The notes beneath the pieces are model-generated. The model made no database searches and was not told the DNA's origin. It saw nothing but the letters and a program-made list of their open reading frames with translations. Below, one piece after another: positions 31,201-41,696 of a stretch of DNA of 64,000 nt (its first letter is position 1; each line of letters opens with the position of its first letter). The stretch is from an uncultured virus (IMG/VR IMGVR_UViG_3300006120_000013). Its lineage: Duplodnaviria; Heunggongvirae; Uroviricota; Caudoviricetes. The stretch lies in the IMG/VR virus record IMGVR_UViG_3300006120_000013, one strand, 5' to 3'. Both the position numbers and the translations under genes were made by a program.

Positions 31201-34200
31201 AGTAAAATAGAATTTACATATTCAAAATATTGTTTTAATGCTTCATAGCGATTAACAAACCATGTTTGTCTAGGTTCATTACTTGCACCATATCTTTGAA
31301 ATTTAGATAATCTAGTATCAGGAACTGATCCTCCATTAACATTAGTTCCACAAAGACTATCAATCCATTTTGTTTCAATTACTGTAGGAATAATTGCAAA
31401 AGGATCTCCTTCTGCAATCAAAGCATATTCTCTATGAACTATTAAATCTGTATTATCTATTTCATAAAATTGTAAATTAAGATTTACATCTCTATGATAT
31501 ATGTCTGGTTTAACATTTACTAATGAAAAACTATTTGATCCTGTTATTGCAATAAATTTATACCCTTCAGCACTTGGATCAAGTATTAATCTAGCAACAT
31601 CATATACAGACATACTTCTAAAATGTACATTAGGAATTGTAACTTTATTTTTAACCCAATAATAATAATATGTTGTTAAAACTCCTGATATAGGATCATA
31701 TTTTTGTTTAGTACTATAAGTTAAATCACCTGTATATGCAGGAACTCCACTAAATCCATTTGCTAAAGAATTAGTGCCACTTGTAGCAGCGACCCATTGG
31801 CTAGGTAAAAGGGTAGTTTCTGTCCATTCGTAAACATCAATAGTAGATCCAGGAAATACTGTATTCCAATAAGTGTTTCTAAAACTACTATCTCCTTGCT
31901 CATACCAAATCCATTTTACTGTAGAAAGATCCCACCAAACTTCACCAATATGATCATCTCTCCACGGCGATGATTTATCTACTAATGTTTGAGAATAATT
32001 TGTATAATCATATGATGCGGGATCTCTCATAGTTTGATATGTGATTTCTTGATTTGCAGGTCCTGCTATGTAACCTTTAAGAGGATCAATAAAATCTAAT
32101 TCTTCAATTAAAACATTTTTATTTGTATTATAGATAAATGCTTTTTTAAATTTACTAACATCTACAACATTAGATCCAGATGCTATAACTTTCCAACTTG
32201 GAGTATTATAATCAAATATATATGTTGATCCAGAATGCACCCCATTAACACTATGATTAGGTGCACCTATTACTAAACAATCATTAGATATTGCTAATGC
32301 TAATCCAAAATTATCAGCAGTTACTAAAGTATCTAGAGGTGTTATATAATCAGCATAAACAAATTTATTGTCAAAACTATTATATGCATATACTGATCCA
32401 GTATAAGGTGTGCTATCATAAAACCCAGTTGCTCCTTGATCAAATGATGTTGATACTAATGCTAAAGAACTATTGGGATCGAGGGTATAATTTCTTGTTG
32501 AATCATAATTAAAAACTAATCTATCAATGTGTACGTCAAACGTGGTATTAAGAGTAACATTACCGCCTGCTGACGATACGACTAAGATGCTTTGATCTGA
32601 ATTTGTGTCTATCTTTATTCCAAATCTTTCATTTTGAATTTTTAACGGAGGATAGATTAATTGTGTTACTGTAAACGGAGGAATTACTCCCTCTGTATAC
32701 TCAAATTTATAGATAATTCCAGAATTTATATATTCTACGTCATTATTAGGTGAAGAAACAAAAAGGTCAGATCCTTTCATTGATATAGAATAACCAAAAT
32801 TATCGCTATCATTAATCAATGCACTTGTTCCTACACTATTAATTCCAGGTATATTTTCAATAGTATATTTGTCAATAACTTGAATTAACGAGAATATTGT
32901 CGATGTTTTTTCAAATATGTAAATTGCACCACCGTTAATGAAAGGTGCAGAAACTATAACAAAATTGTTATAAACTTGTAAATCATATCCATAAAGATCT
33001 CCAACCCCCGGAACATACGGAGAAGGAAATACACCATCATTTATGTAGTTGAAATTAAGGAACTGCTGATCTAAATTATAATTCCAAGCACCTGTACTAT
33101 CTCTTCTAAATACTTGTACTGAACCTGATTGCAAATATTGTTCACTACTTACATACAACCAATATTCGGATCCTACCTTTGATATCTTAACTTTAGTACC
33201 AAATCTTTCATTTGCTATAGGATTATAAGAGCAAATAATTTGTTCTCTTGCAATATAAGCGCCATTTGTGACTGTCATTGATCCGCTTCCAGAAGTTAAT
33301 GGAAGAACAGAACCACCAGATGTTAAAGAAATATTAAATTGAGTTTCATTTGAGATCGAACTTACATAATAAATTGTACTTGTGTCAATACCACCAAATG
33401 TTGTTCCTATAAATTTAATAAGTTGTCCAACTGTTAAATTTGATGTACTATCACAAGTTAAGTAATAATTAGGAGATGTACCTATTATAGAGGTTACAGT
33501 AGATAATGTCTTTTCGTAAACATAACTATCTCTATTAAATTGTCTTTGATCTATATTATAATTATAAACAAAAACTGCACCTTGTTTGTTTAAACCACTT
33601 ATATATGATTCTTCAGATACTTCAAAAACTTGTGATAATAGTTGCCATCCTGAAAAAACAGAATTTTGAAACACACTATTACCACCATCAATTGTTGCTT
33701 GAGGATAAGATTCTGAAGATCCGCCATCAATTTCAAAATTGTGAGAAGAATCTGTAATTTTTGAAAATGTACCGTCAACATCGGGATTAATTTTTATCCA
33801 TAACTGATTATTGTATCTAACAACATCTCCGGTATTATAGATTCCGTTTACACTAAAATCTCCAGTAAAATGACTTTTAATATTACTAAGATCTGGAGCA
33901 CTAATAACTAGTACCATACCGTCCGAAGAAATATCTATACTTGTTCCAAATTTTTCTGTTCCTGAAAGAACATTAAAATCTGTAGGCATTGAAATAGATT
34001 GTAGGAACACCCAATCTGTAGTATTATTCGGTCTTGTATAAACTATTACAGTACCATTTTGGTAACCTATGTAACTAACAAACAAAAATTTATTGTCTTG
34101 ACTTATTTTAATTTCATGACCACTTAATACATTATCTTTTCTTAGAAAAATAGGAATTGTCAAAGTGCTAGATTTAAAGACTTTAGAATTTTCTAAAACT

Positions 34201-37200
34201 TTCCATTCATTTAGACTATCTTGATCAATCCAAATTTTTTCTCCGCTAATCTGTAAATTGTTAAAAAGACTATTATCTATCGATTCTGGGTTTTTATAAC
34301 GTACAGATTCAAATTTAAATAGAACTCCATGCGTACTATCGCTTACAAGATTGTTGACTAATAAATTATTACTTGTAAACACTTGTATAAAATGAGCGTA
34401 TATAGATATAACTTTATATACACCATTAATTAAATCTATATTTTTTACAACTATAATATCACCAACCGATAACATCGGAACAAAACTAAGATATAAGTTT
34501 AATAAGTTACCCTGTCTTTCCCAACTAGTGATAAAAGACTTAGTATCATAATAACCCATAACGTTCCAATCACCGTTAGGGGTATTTCCGATCCAAATTT
34601 TATCTTTGTTTTTTAATAAAGTATGATTATAATTTAATAAACTAGGTTCATCATAAAGAATTAAATCTACATCGTTTGGATTAACATATCCTGCAACTCT
34701 ATATTTGAATACTCCATAATTTTTTTGATTGAAATCTAAAGAGGTAGTTACAAAAGGATTTGCGTCATAGGTGTTATATTTTTTAACAACATCACTTATT
34801 GTAAGATTGTAGATAGACAAATCACTAAGATTTTTAGATCCTAAAGATAACACAATATCTTGAGGATTATGTAGGAATTTAGTTTCATCAAGAATGAATT
34901 CTAGTTCAGTATATGCATCCGATGCTCCAAAATCAGCAACTTTAAATGCCCATTCTTCTTTAAGATCTAATGTACTATATCCGCTAGAACGTAGTGCATC
35001 AAATAATTTTGTAACACTGTTAAGTGTTCCTTTTTCTTTAATATAACCTTGGTAGAACTTGTATTGAGATACATCATCAACAATAATATCTTCGAGATAT
35101 TGTCTCTTTTGATAACCTACTAAATGTCTTGCTAAATTAACCTGACTTTCATCAAAATTACTAGATTCTAAACTATAAAAATCTCTAAATTGCTCTATTC
35201 TATAATCTAGATTTGGTTCTAATTTTGGTGTTGGTTTACTAGATAATTTACTCCATTTTGTATAATCAAATGTTGTTGTTCCGTAAATTCTTTCAAGTGC
35301 TGTATAATAAGAATTTTTATAATTTATAACATCACCAATATTATAATCTATATTAGGTTGCCAATTTTGAACATCGGCATTGTCATACATAAATCCGGGT
35401 GAATAATAACTTCCATCCCAATTATTAGTTTTAAAACCAACAAGTTTTAATCTGCCTTGTCTATATCCTGGTATAACATCGTATACAATATCTCCAAAAA
35501 CAGATATATTATCAAAAATTATAACATGCTCTTGATAAACTAAAGATGTTCTTATATTGTATATGCCATCTGCTGTTTTAATTGTAGGTTGAATAGTAAA
35601 TCCATTATCTTCTCTATAGATATCTGTAAGATCAGATAATAAAGGAGACCCATCGGCTTTAAATATAGAATAACCATAAAACTCACTATTTAATGTATCA
35701 ACTGATGCTGTTATGTTTGGTGAATATTTTAAATTATTGGCAGCAGGACTTAATGTAATTACAGAGCCTGCAATCCAATTCTGCAAAGTCCAAAACATAA
35801 ATTCTTTAGCACTTGTAAGCCAATTAAGTGGTAATTGTAAATCACTACTATAATCATCAAATTGGAAACCTAAGTCTCTTAATCTTTCTTGATAACCTAA
35901 AAGAAAGTCAACTACAGATTGAATATCTGTGAATACTGTTCCATATGGAACTTTAATTGGAACATTTATAAATTTCTGTCTAACATATGCATCTCTTCCG
36001 CCCGTTATAGGTAAAGATGGTAATAATTGAAATTTCTTTGCTGCAATATCTATATCAGCAGAGGAGCTTGATGTATGACTTATTAATGTTCTATAATAAA
36101 GACTATCAATTTTTACAAGTTGACCCGCAGTATAATATTGATTGCTAGACCACTCAATATAACTTTCAGATATTCCTCCTACATTTATTACTGGATCTTT
36201 AGATGACGTACGAGGAGGAAATATTTCAAAAACATATTTTTCGATGTCATACCCTTTAACTGAATATCCATCTGTTCTTTTTTCTATAATTACACCACTG
36301 TAATTTACAGTCTCAACTGGAGCACTTTTATTATAGAAAATTTTATAATTTTCATTAGGTAAAAATATAGTACCCGACGAATTAGGTGTTCTACTATCAA
36401 GTAATATTTTAATTTTTTCTTTACTCGAAAATCCACCTAAACGATATCGTAACTTAGCATCTAATCCTCTTATTAAAGATTTATAATAATTGTAATCTAT
36501 ATTTGTGTTAACAAAAATATACTCATCGATGAAATTTGTCAACCCGTTGGTTATTGTTCTTGTTCCATCTGACTGTAATTCATTAGCAAAAACTAATTCT
36601 GCCGTGTTTAATTTTTTATTTGTTATAGTTGAATAAATTTGTCCGGCTATATTTCTTTTAATAGTAAATCTATCCCACATTTTGCCAATAAATTCTGATC
36701 CTCTTAGAACACACATAGCAATCATTACTGCAAAAGGATATTCGTTAGAACGTCTCCATGCTGTTTCAACAGGCGCTTGATCTCCAAATGTATACCTTCC
36801 TTGTGAATTAGATTTTGAAAAATTCTGAGATAGTCCACTCTCAAAAGGACTTATTAAGTTTCCGGCGTCGTCAACAGGAAGATAGTTTCCTAACCCCGGA
36901 CGAGCAAATTTTAAATTTATTGATCGACCTTTGGGATCATTTATGATTCCTTTTTCTATAGAATCCCACATAATTTTATTTTCACTTGTATATGGCGCTT
37001 GACCATATATAGTTTCCCACCAAGTTGGTTTTATTGAAAATCCTTGCATTTCCCAAGGATGCGAATGTGGTCTATCTGTATCAAAGAAATATTTGTAAAC
37101 ACCTCTCCAATACCCGTATAAAAATTCTATACCATTTGGTGCCATAGATTTATTATAATTGTAAGTAAATGGATCACCATCAATCCATTGATATCTAGGT

Positions 37201-40200
37201 GTTAAGTCGCCAGGAACAGTATAAGAAGGAGAATTAAAATCAAATTCAGGAACAGAATTCCATCTTAAAAACTCAGTAATTAATATATCATTAATTTCTG
37301 ATTTTGTAAAATCAGTTCGACGATAATAACCAGTTAATACATCATTTATGTCAAAAATATCTGGATCATAATTCACTCTAACATTATTAAAAATTCTTTT
37401 TTCAATTTCTAAAATAACATCGTCTCTATAATCTCCATATGCTGTAAAAATACTACCATCGTGTCCTTGGATTACTGTTATCGATGCTGCTGCTGGAGAT
37501 TCGGTTCCATCAAAGTTTTGAACAATAGTTCTATGTGTATCATCTATATAAATCATAGGTTCATATAAGGGATATAAACCTAATTTAGAAGGAGTTAAAG
37601 GAACATAACAACCGTCTGTACTTGCATAATCCTTAATTAAAACTTGATCTCCAACGGATAATGTTGAAGTTATAGTTACAAAAGCATCAGTCGTATCAAA
37701 TGTATAATCTTTATCATATATTAATTGCTCTTCATTTACATAGATTAAAATCGACCTTTTTGTTTGTGTTTTTGGATTGAATATACTATCAATGATAAAA
37801 ACTGGAAAACGTGGATCATCAACTGTATATTGTCTTACTGACGCTGCTCCAAAAGGAACCATATCAGAATAATAAAAAGGTGATTTTTCTAAATATTTAG
37901 ATTGTGAATAAGAAAGTAAAACCTGATCTGCTATTTCTCTAGGTGTTCCATCAAATCCTTTTGTCTCTAATCTAAATATTGTATCTTTTTTAAATTGAGT
38001 ATATTCTTTACTTGCCCATTGTAAAGTTTTAACAATATTAACATTCTTATCAATCATTAAAAAGGCAGATAAACTCAAAGGCCCAGAATGTTGCATAAAT
38101 TTGCGACCAAGATTAGAAACATTTCCTAATTCTGATAAATTACCGAGGCCAGGATAGTTTCCTGAAAAACCAGAAGAATTCTCAACTATACTTCTAACAT
38201 GATCAATAGATTCTCCGAAGGTAAAATTGTCAACTGTTTTATTGAAAGGATTGTTTTGCCAATTGAGGGGGATTTCATAATACCCCTTAAGATTTTTATT
38301 TGAGATTGATCTTATTTTATAAACAACTTTATCTCCTGCTGCTAAAGGAGTTCCAAAATTAATATATGCAATTCCTTCAGTTACACCAAGATTTAAATCA
38401 GATCTTTTAATATCATTAACATAAACACGAATTCTATAATCAACTTTTGTTCTTACATCAGGAACAACTATAGTTCCTTCACGATATAAAGTTTGATTAT
38501 TATAATATTTTGGAAATACAGAACCGGAAGATAATTGTGTCCAATACATTAAGTCTGTTGGACTCGCTGTATTATTATCAACATTAGAAACATAAAGATA
38601 CAAACCGTAACTTACAATATCTTTATTATTGTAAACTACAGTCATTTTCATATTATTAAAATTACTAACATTATTAGTGTTTATAAGTTTCCAATTATTA
38701 GTATCAGTTACACCAATTGATATATTATTTCTTAAAGCAATATAATAAGAACTTCCTAATTTAATAATATCATTTATGACATATTGTTGATTGCTACTAT
38801 ATTGTCCTTTAAAAAATCCATTAACTGTATTATATTCTCCTCTAAATTGTGACTGTCCCTTTATTAAAATTTTCCAATAAATTATATCTGTTGGATAATA
38901 ATGATCTATATTATCTTGTATTGCAATATATACAGATCCCTTATAACTAATAATGTCGTCTACAAAATAACTATCTATTAAATTAAATTCACCTTTGTAT
39001 ATATACCCCGTAAATAATAATTTCCAATAATTTGTATTTTGGGGAGTCACTTGAGCAGAATTACCCATAATATCTTCAAGAGCTATGTAAAAGAAATTAT
39101 TATATAAAACAATATCTCTTTGATGATAATTTGATCCAATTCCTTTCCAAATTCCTTGATAAGATGTGTTATAATTGAAAGGTAACCAATAATCAGTATT
39201 AGTTAAATCTCTTCCTAAATTATCTTGAATAGAAATATAAAATTGATTCGTTGATAATATTTGATTAGCTTGTTCTAAAGCATAAAGTAATTGTGCATCA
39301 TCATATACATCTATCGGAACACTACTAGTTGCAGACTCAACTTTTAAAACCCTAACAACATTTTGTTCAGTTTTTCTATCTGTTTCTATCCAACCATTTT
39401 TATATTCAAACGCATTGTTAAGATTCCACTTTCGAAGAAATGCTTGATATGCATTTAATGTAACTACACTTTTATTTAATGTGTATTTCCATGTATCTTT
39501 TTCTAAACTAAATTCAAATTCAATATCACCCACATTATCTATAGAACGATAAACTAAAGGAAATCCAAGTTCAGAATCATTTATTCCTGTACCTGTTTGA
39601 TAGTTGAAGATTTTAGTTCCTTTAAAATTATTATAAGGATATACAGTTGTATCAGAATAACTAACAAAATTTTCATCAAAAAGATCAAACAATGGTGCTT
39701 GATTTATTGCTGTTTTCTTTTGTGCTTGTGCCCAAGTTCCATTCAAATAATAAAAGGAAGATCCCATATATGAATTTCCTTTGGTGATGTAAACTATTTC
39801 ACCTTCGACAGGATCAGTATCTGGTACTTCTTGTAATGTTAATTGTTGTTTTCTTCTAGTAACTCCTGACCCAACAACAGAAACCTTCATTGTAAGATTA
39901 GTAGAATCAATTAAAGTAACTGCTGAGCCATTTGCTGTTAATCCTACAGAAAATGATGTTGAAGTAAAATTAGTTTTAAGAATATAATATACTGTTGAAG
40001 GAGATAATCCTCCAATTAAATTTCCAGAAAATTTTACAGTCATACCTGGTTTTAAAGTATTAGTGTCGGGAACAGTAATTATATCTTTAGTAGATTGATC
40101 AGAGTTAACTATATGGGCTGTAGAAATAACAACAATGTCCTGATTAGAAGACTCATAAACATTTTGTATTTGTTGAACTTCAAATATTTTTCCTTTAACT

Positions 40201-41678
40201 AAAATATCATTATCTGCTAAAAATAATACTCGATAACCCGGAAGGAGTTCTATACCATCTATAAAATAACCTGTACTACCTTCGATTAATGAAAATACGT
40301 CTGTTGTTACTGTATCAACTAAATCAATATCTGCTTTTGAAAAATAGCCATGATTATATAATTTTAAATCAGGTTCAAATTCAATGATAGGACGAAGAGC
40401 TCGAGTTGTTTGATCTAATAAAGGTATTGTACCATTTGCTGTTGCAGAAATTTCAATTACTGATCGATGAAACCATCTATTAGTTCTAGACCAATTATTT
40501 CTATCTCTAGATGCCCTGTTAATAACCAAATAATCTTTTTCAAGAGGATAATTGTCTGCGTTTTCCCAAGGTAATGTGTCAAATCCTTGATCGTCAAATG
40601 GAATATCAATATTTGAAATAAAGGTTGCAGGAGACTCTAGATCTTTTTTGTTTATTAAAACAATTCTACTTCCAACTCCTTCAACATACCATTGTCCAGA
40701 TGCATATTTTGTAGGAGTTACTTGTCCTGAAAATTGCACAACAAGCCCATTAATAAATTGAATACCATCACTAGTTGTAAAATTTATTTTTCCTACTATT
40801 TCTTTTTCAACATCAAGAAAAGCAGCATCTTTAATATCTTTAATATTAATAATTCCCACTGTCTCATCAAGAACACCGTTATTTTCTCTCACAGTATTAT
40901 CAACGTAATAAAGCATATCAGGTGCTTCATATGGTACTGTAAAAGTTAATATTCCTTTTTCAACATTTCTTGCACTAACACCAATGTCATAGAAATAACT
41001 ATCGCCTGATTCATTTTGTGTCTTAATTGAAAACAAAGTATTAGGTGCATTAATATTAAATGTATATGTTACTCCTCTATAAAGAGTTAATGCAGGATTT
41101 GCTGTTAAACCATCTGGAGTAAAAATATAAACAATATTATTATCCTCAAATTGTGATGTAACAGAATACTCAGAAACTATATTTTCTAAATGTCCATATA
41201 CTGTAATTGGATCCGGTCCTGACGGTAACCAAAAATATTCTCGATAATTTACAAACTTATCCCAATCAATATGTGGATCCCAAGTATATGCTTCTTGTTT
41301 ATTAAGTTTACTATGATTAGATACGTTAGCTCCAAAATACTTAAGGCTGTTAATATAATCAATGTAATCACCAAACCAATTAATATTACCTGTTACAGAA
41401 TCCTGATTAATAAATGCAGGTTCTAATTGATAATATTGTCTTGGTGTTGATGTTTCTTCTATATAATTGTCATCAAAAGAATAATTAGGAATGTCTCTAC
41501 GACCAATATAAGAACTAATTCGAGTTAATGTTCCTGGTTGTGTTACAACATCAACTGTTCCTCCAAGAAATTTTTTATTAGAATTACTTCTAAAAAAGTT
41601 TGGAAGAAGATTACTATTTTGTCTTTTATTGTTAGAACCTATCGGCAACGGTGATTCATTGTAGTCTTGTTGTGCCAT
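25284..41678 (-). CDS. Giant 5464-aa virion protein, baseplate wedge initiator (gp7 position) with carbohydrate-binding-like and beta-propeller repeats
   Basis: Uninterrupted 16.4-kb ORF directly after gp6; YIEEVKPYKSKIRE wedge-like motif; many Y..GD.V.Y...Y.A...YW repeats; FG-GAP-like repeats. Confidence 0.8.
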   Translation of the reverse strand: MAQQDYNESPLPIGSNNKRQNSNLLPNFFRSNSNKKFLGGTVDVVTQPGTLTRISSYIGRRDIPNYSFDDNYIEETSTPRQYYQLEPAFINQDSVTGNINWFGDYIDYINSLKYFGANVSNHSKLNKQEAYTWDPHIDWDKFVNYREYFWLPSGPDPITVYGHLENIVSEYSVTSQFEDNNIVYIFTPDGLTANPALTLYRGVTYTFNINAPNTLFSIKTQNESGDSYFYDIGVSARNVEKGILTFTVPYEAPDMLYYVDNTVRENNGVLDETVGIINIKDIKDAAFLDVEKEIVGKINFTTSDGIQFINGLVVQFSGQVTPTKYASGQWYVEGVGSRIVLINKKDLESPATFISNIDIPFDDQGFDTLPWENADNYPLEKDYLVINRASRDRNNWSRTNRWFHRSVIEISATANGTIPLLDQTTRALRPIIEFEPDLKLYNHGYFSKADIDLVDTVTTDVFSLIEGSTGYFIDGIELLPGYRVLFLADNDILVKGKIFEVQQIQNVYESSNQDIVVISTAHIVNSDQSTKDIITVPDTNTLKPGMTVKFSGNLIGGLSPSTVYYILKTNFTSTSFSVGLTANGSAVTLIDSTNLTMKVSVVGSGVTRRKQQLTLQEVPDTDPVEGEIVYITKGNSYMGSSFYYLNGTWAQAQKKTAINQAPLFDLFDENFVSYSDTTVYPYNNFKGTKIFNYQTGTGINDSELGFPLVYRSIDNVGDIEFEFSLEKDTWKYTLNKSVVTLNAYQAFLRKWNLNNAFEYKNGWIETDRKTEQNVVRVLKVESATSSVPIDVYDDAQLLYALEQANQILSTNQFYISIQDNLGRDLTNTDYWLPFNYNTSYQGIWKGIGSNYHQRDIVLYNNFFYIALEDIMGNSAQVTPQNTNYWKLLFTGYIYKGEFNLIDSYFVDDIISYKGSVYIAIQDNIDHYYPTDIIYWKILIKGQSQFRGEYNTVNGFFKGQYSSNQQYVINDIIKLGSSYYIALRNNISIGVTDTNNWKLINTNNVSNFNNMKMTVVYNNKDIVSYGLYLYVSNVDNNTASPTDLMYWTQLSSGSVFPKYYNNQTLYREGTIVVPDVRTKVDYRIRVYVNDIKRSDLNLGVTEGIAYINFGTPLAAGDKVVYKIRSISNKNLKGYYEIPLNWQNNPFNKTVDNFTFGESIDHVRSIVENSSGFSGNYPGLGNLSELGNVSNLGRKFMQHSGPLSLSAFLMIDKNVNIVKTLQWASKEYTQFKKDTIFRLETKGFDGTPREIADQVLLSYSQSKYLEKSPFYYSDMVPFGAASVRQYTVDDPRFPVFIIDSIFNPKTQTKRSILIYVNEEQLIYDKDYTFDTTDAFVTITSTLSVGDQVLIKDYASTDGCYVPLTPSKLGLYPLYEPMIYIDDTHRTIVQNFDGTESPAAASITVIQGHDGSIFTAYGDYRDDVILEIEKRIFNNVRVNYDPDIFDINDVLTGYYRRTDFTKSEINDILITEFLRWNSVPEFDFNSPSYTVPGDLTPRYQWIDGDPFTYNYNKSMAPNGIEFLYGYWRGVYKYFFDTDRPHSHPWEMQGFSIKPTWWETIYGQAPYTSENKIMWDSIEKGIINDPKGRSINLKFARPGLGNYLPVDDAGNLISPFESGLSQNFSKSNSQGRYTFGDQAPVETAWRRSNEYPFAVMIAMCVLRGSEFIGKMWDRFTIKRNIAGQIYSTITNKKLNTAELVFANELQSDGTRTITNGLTNFIDEYIFVNTNIDYNYYKSLIRGLDAKLRYRLGGFSSKEKIKILLDSRTPNSSGTIFLPNENYKIFYNKSAPVETVNYSGVIIEKRTDGYSVKGYDIEKYVFEIFPPRTSSKDPVINVGGISESYIEWSSNQYYTAGQLVKIDSLYYRTLISHTSSSSADIDIAAKKFQLLPSLPITGGRDAYVRQKFINVPIKVPYGTVFTDIQSVVDFLLGYQERLRDLGFQFDDYSSDLQLPLNWLTSAKEFMFWTLQNWIAGSVITLSPAANNLKYSPNITASVDTLNSEFYGYSIFKADGSPLLSDLTDIYREDNGFTIQPTIKTADGIYNIRTSLVYQEHVIIFDNISVFGDIVYDVIPGYRQGRLKLVGFKTNNWDGSYYSPGFMYDNADVQNWQPNIDYNIGDVINYKNSYYTALERIYGTTTFDYTKWSKLSSKPTPKLEPNLDYRIEQFRDFYSLESSNFDESQVNLARHLVGYQKRQYLEDIIVDDVSQYKFYQGYIKEKGTLNSVTKLFDALRSSGYSTLDLKEEWAFKVADFGASDAYTELEFILDETKFLHNPQDIVLSLGSKNLSDLSIYNLTISDVVKKYNTYDANPFVTTSLDFNQKNYGVFKYRVAGYVNPNDVDLILYDEPSLLNYNHTLLKNKDKIWIGNTPNGDWNVMGYYDTKSFITSWERQGNLLNLYLSFVPMLSVGDIIVVKNIDLINGVYKVISIYAHFIQVFTSNNLLVNNLVSDSTHGVLFKFESVRYKNPESIDNSLFNNLQISGEKIWIDQDSLNEWKVLENSKVFKSSTLTIPIFLRKDNVLSGHEIKISQDNKFLFVSYIGYQNGTVIVYTRPNNTTDWVFLQSISMPTDFNVLSGTEKFGTSIDISSDGMVLVISAPDLSNIKSHFTGDFSVNGIYNTGDVVRYNNQLWIKINPDVDGTFSKITDSSHNFEIDGGSSESYPQATIDGGNSVFQNSVFSGWQLLSQVFEVSEESYISGLNKQGAVFVYNYNIDQRQFNRDSYVYEKTLSTVTSIIGTSPNYYLTCDSTSNLTVGQLIKFIGTTFGGIDTSTIYYVSSISNETQFNISLTSGGSVLPLTSGSGSMTVTNGAYIAREQIICSYNPIANERFGTKVKISKVGSEYWLYVSSEQYLQSGSVQVFRRDSTGAWNYNLDQQFLNFNYINDGVFPSPYVPGVGDLYGYDLQVYNNFVIVSAPFINGGAIYIFEKTSTIFSLIQVIDKYTIENIPGINSVGTSALINDSDNFGYSISMKGSDLFVSSPNNDVEYINSGIIYKFEYTEGVIPPFTVTQLIYPPLKIQNERFGIKIDTNSDQSILVVSSAGGNVTLNTTFDVHIDRLVFNYDSTRNYTLDPNSSLALVSTSFDQGATGFYDSTPYTGSVYAYNSFDNKFVYADYITPLDTLVTADNFGLALAISNDCLVIGAPNHSVNGVHSGSTYIFDYNTPSWKVIASGSNVVDVSKFKKAFIYNTNKNVLIEELDFIDPLKGYIAGPANQEITYQTMRDPASYDYTNYSQTLVDKSSPWRDDHIGEVWWDLSTVKWIWYEQGDSSFRNTYWNTVFPGSTIDVYEWTETTLLPSQWVAATSGTNSLANGFSGVPAYTGDLTYSTKQKYDPISGVLTTYYYYWVKNKVTIPNVHFRSMSVYDVARLILDPSAEGYKFIAITGSNSFSLVNVKPDIYHRDVNLNLQFYEIDNTDLIVHREYALIAEGDPFAIIPTVIETKWIDSLCGTNVNGGSVPDTRLSKFQRYGASNEPRQTWFVNRYEALKQYFEYVNSILLQNQIADKINFVNLLKSDLEPDLNSGKIDQIVDILDDLRFIGTAKLRAAVLSPVIKDGQIIRVTIVDSGYGYKVAPAVQILGVGTGAKIKLILDSNGSVSAATVIKRGHDYDTYSTKIYVRNYTVLIRSDSDALGGWTLHDWFSNTGNIGTYYWRRIKTQGWNVQRYWNYADWYAKGYSSESNIKFQVDRTVNLEGLQSSVGDLVKVTNVSNNWLLLQRVSSTENPDYTQVYEVVGKQNGTIQFSDKLYNLNSDLGFDTIYSYDNSLYDQGPSIELRIILESIRDNILINELRVEYISTFFNSVNYSLHEQLYVDWVFKTSFLKINHNAGTLKQRITYQSDVLPSYQKYIEEVKPYKSKIREMLDSYNYTDPAYELTTDFDLFSYYDSNVGKIIRGSLTSSFINTYPWKSWYDNYKYGVIEIKVYDQGDGYKSIPDVIITGDGTGAKATAYIAKGKLVSIEIDNPGTGYTYAPTIFISGGNAKGDPIAKAVAIIGNNQVRTTKIGIKYDRISPNYTIQDFYYTDTFSGTGSLKSFKLTFAPDPKKVNFNILVNNIEIYGSLYSISIVQNLHDTYSALEGYVVFKTAPSYGVNNITISYKKNIQLFDSADRINYGYSPTEGMLGNELGLLMTGVDYSGVQLTSIDFNVGGGWDVIPWDSTSWDNVINSTDDFVVIPDHSTVIFTLPYVPKNGEIINIYVNGIRVDDLYYSHYDGSTVQPNGLTSSPKNTIMDTFVGDGIKNQITLPHAFTSNDTITFRKSTSDGAILPADLTLIDSLVDGGDLAYTTASGVSAEEIIIDGDGFVTSDTSYGPEELVQGQVVDTLEINVYHTPSSGGPNVIVHNFLGDGVNSSFTLPSSLMPKTREGALVTVGNRAIDLAVDYKENKITILSYDFTTGQYHPYIPDLGAQIAITSVDTAGYDIADQVSFIGDGSTKEFLTSARYNNGNVTPLVILNGEYLGYEILNTNYAQGGDTVSIILSDSDISSSTDYSSSYSPTDAPGAFISIVDGTGIEQFGLIEYYDPKSKIALVVKESFIWFPVVQCDNIKFIVDSTATLSIGMPIIISKSALGPSFAGVNNNTVYYVTSDNFTSTTFSISLTLNGPPILLSQSSGVMLVKGAGWDTYAQTISPTLDSTTKYIIQVQASSYRNSITVKNSTIAEYGVPGDVVIEFEKAPGNGDKIVIMIFNGLVQKFSRVFADTIPIVPGQYQYTLNRVPANAEPLSASIFVLVDSIKISPDGSQTVVNEFVQAPAYKYFTYEGIDILDIQEVRFPPNSLVADDISLYLNGVQLVPVRDYYLDSNQVLVNLTPGVAKTGDEIIVEITKLSDYKVIGDQLIFNKTNFQIQNQILIVVNTFTNHDIVKFRRSSYGFKFTTGYDVLQYEFTQYDILSSSVNTSGIFDLPRLVSSKSSCLVSLNRRLLIPNVDYVILDNLSQVKVLLPDILNSSGYIEILTVNDRTVRPSFGFKIFKDMLNRTIYKRIDSSSSTYLKQDFMYLDTQIVVNDTTKLQLPTPNKNLPGVIEIEGERIEYFSMKNNTLSQLRRATLGTGAKNYYSIGTEVSDVGQDQTVPYSDQEDKITYFGDNHTTIFNLDFTPKNSSLVKWFSKKGFKYIGNYDYTLSYSNGDIVVYNGIYYTAIYPTIVVTGSTTKTNIVICSSTATLSVGTSIIFGSKFGNVNAGQIYYVYSILSDTEFTITDQQDGKQLVLTAITQNVILNTIPSNALSNQSSFWQEYAQVIDINWYINHTKRWYTAQTYSKGTIVWNNGIYYQAIKDVQTSIDITDTNYWVPYNLPILDTDWYRDTINVVSPANLVVGQQYTITDIGLTNWSQVGVPTGTTPVPGLTFIATATTPTNSGSHPGLVISSGIPVSYGQCDQIEVYVGGRRLIKNPYIVHNYTKSIDSYQGTGDITLQAEFAVSGIDNTIKLSTPPAAGELVIIIYKTGRIWKKRGESVPLVYSQTDIAQFLTARPAILPK

Positions 41679-41696
41679 TTAACTCTAAATCTCCAA

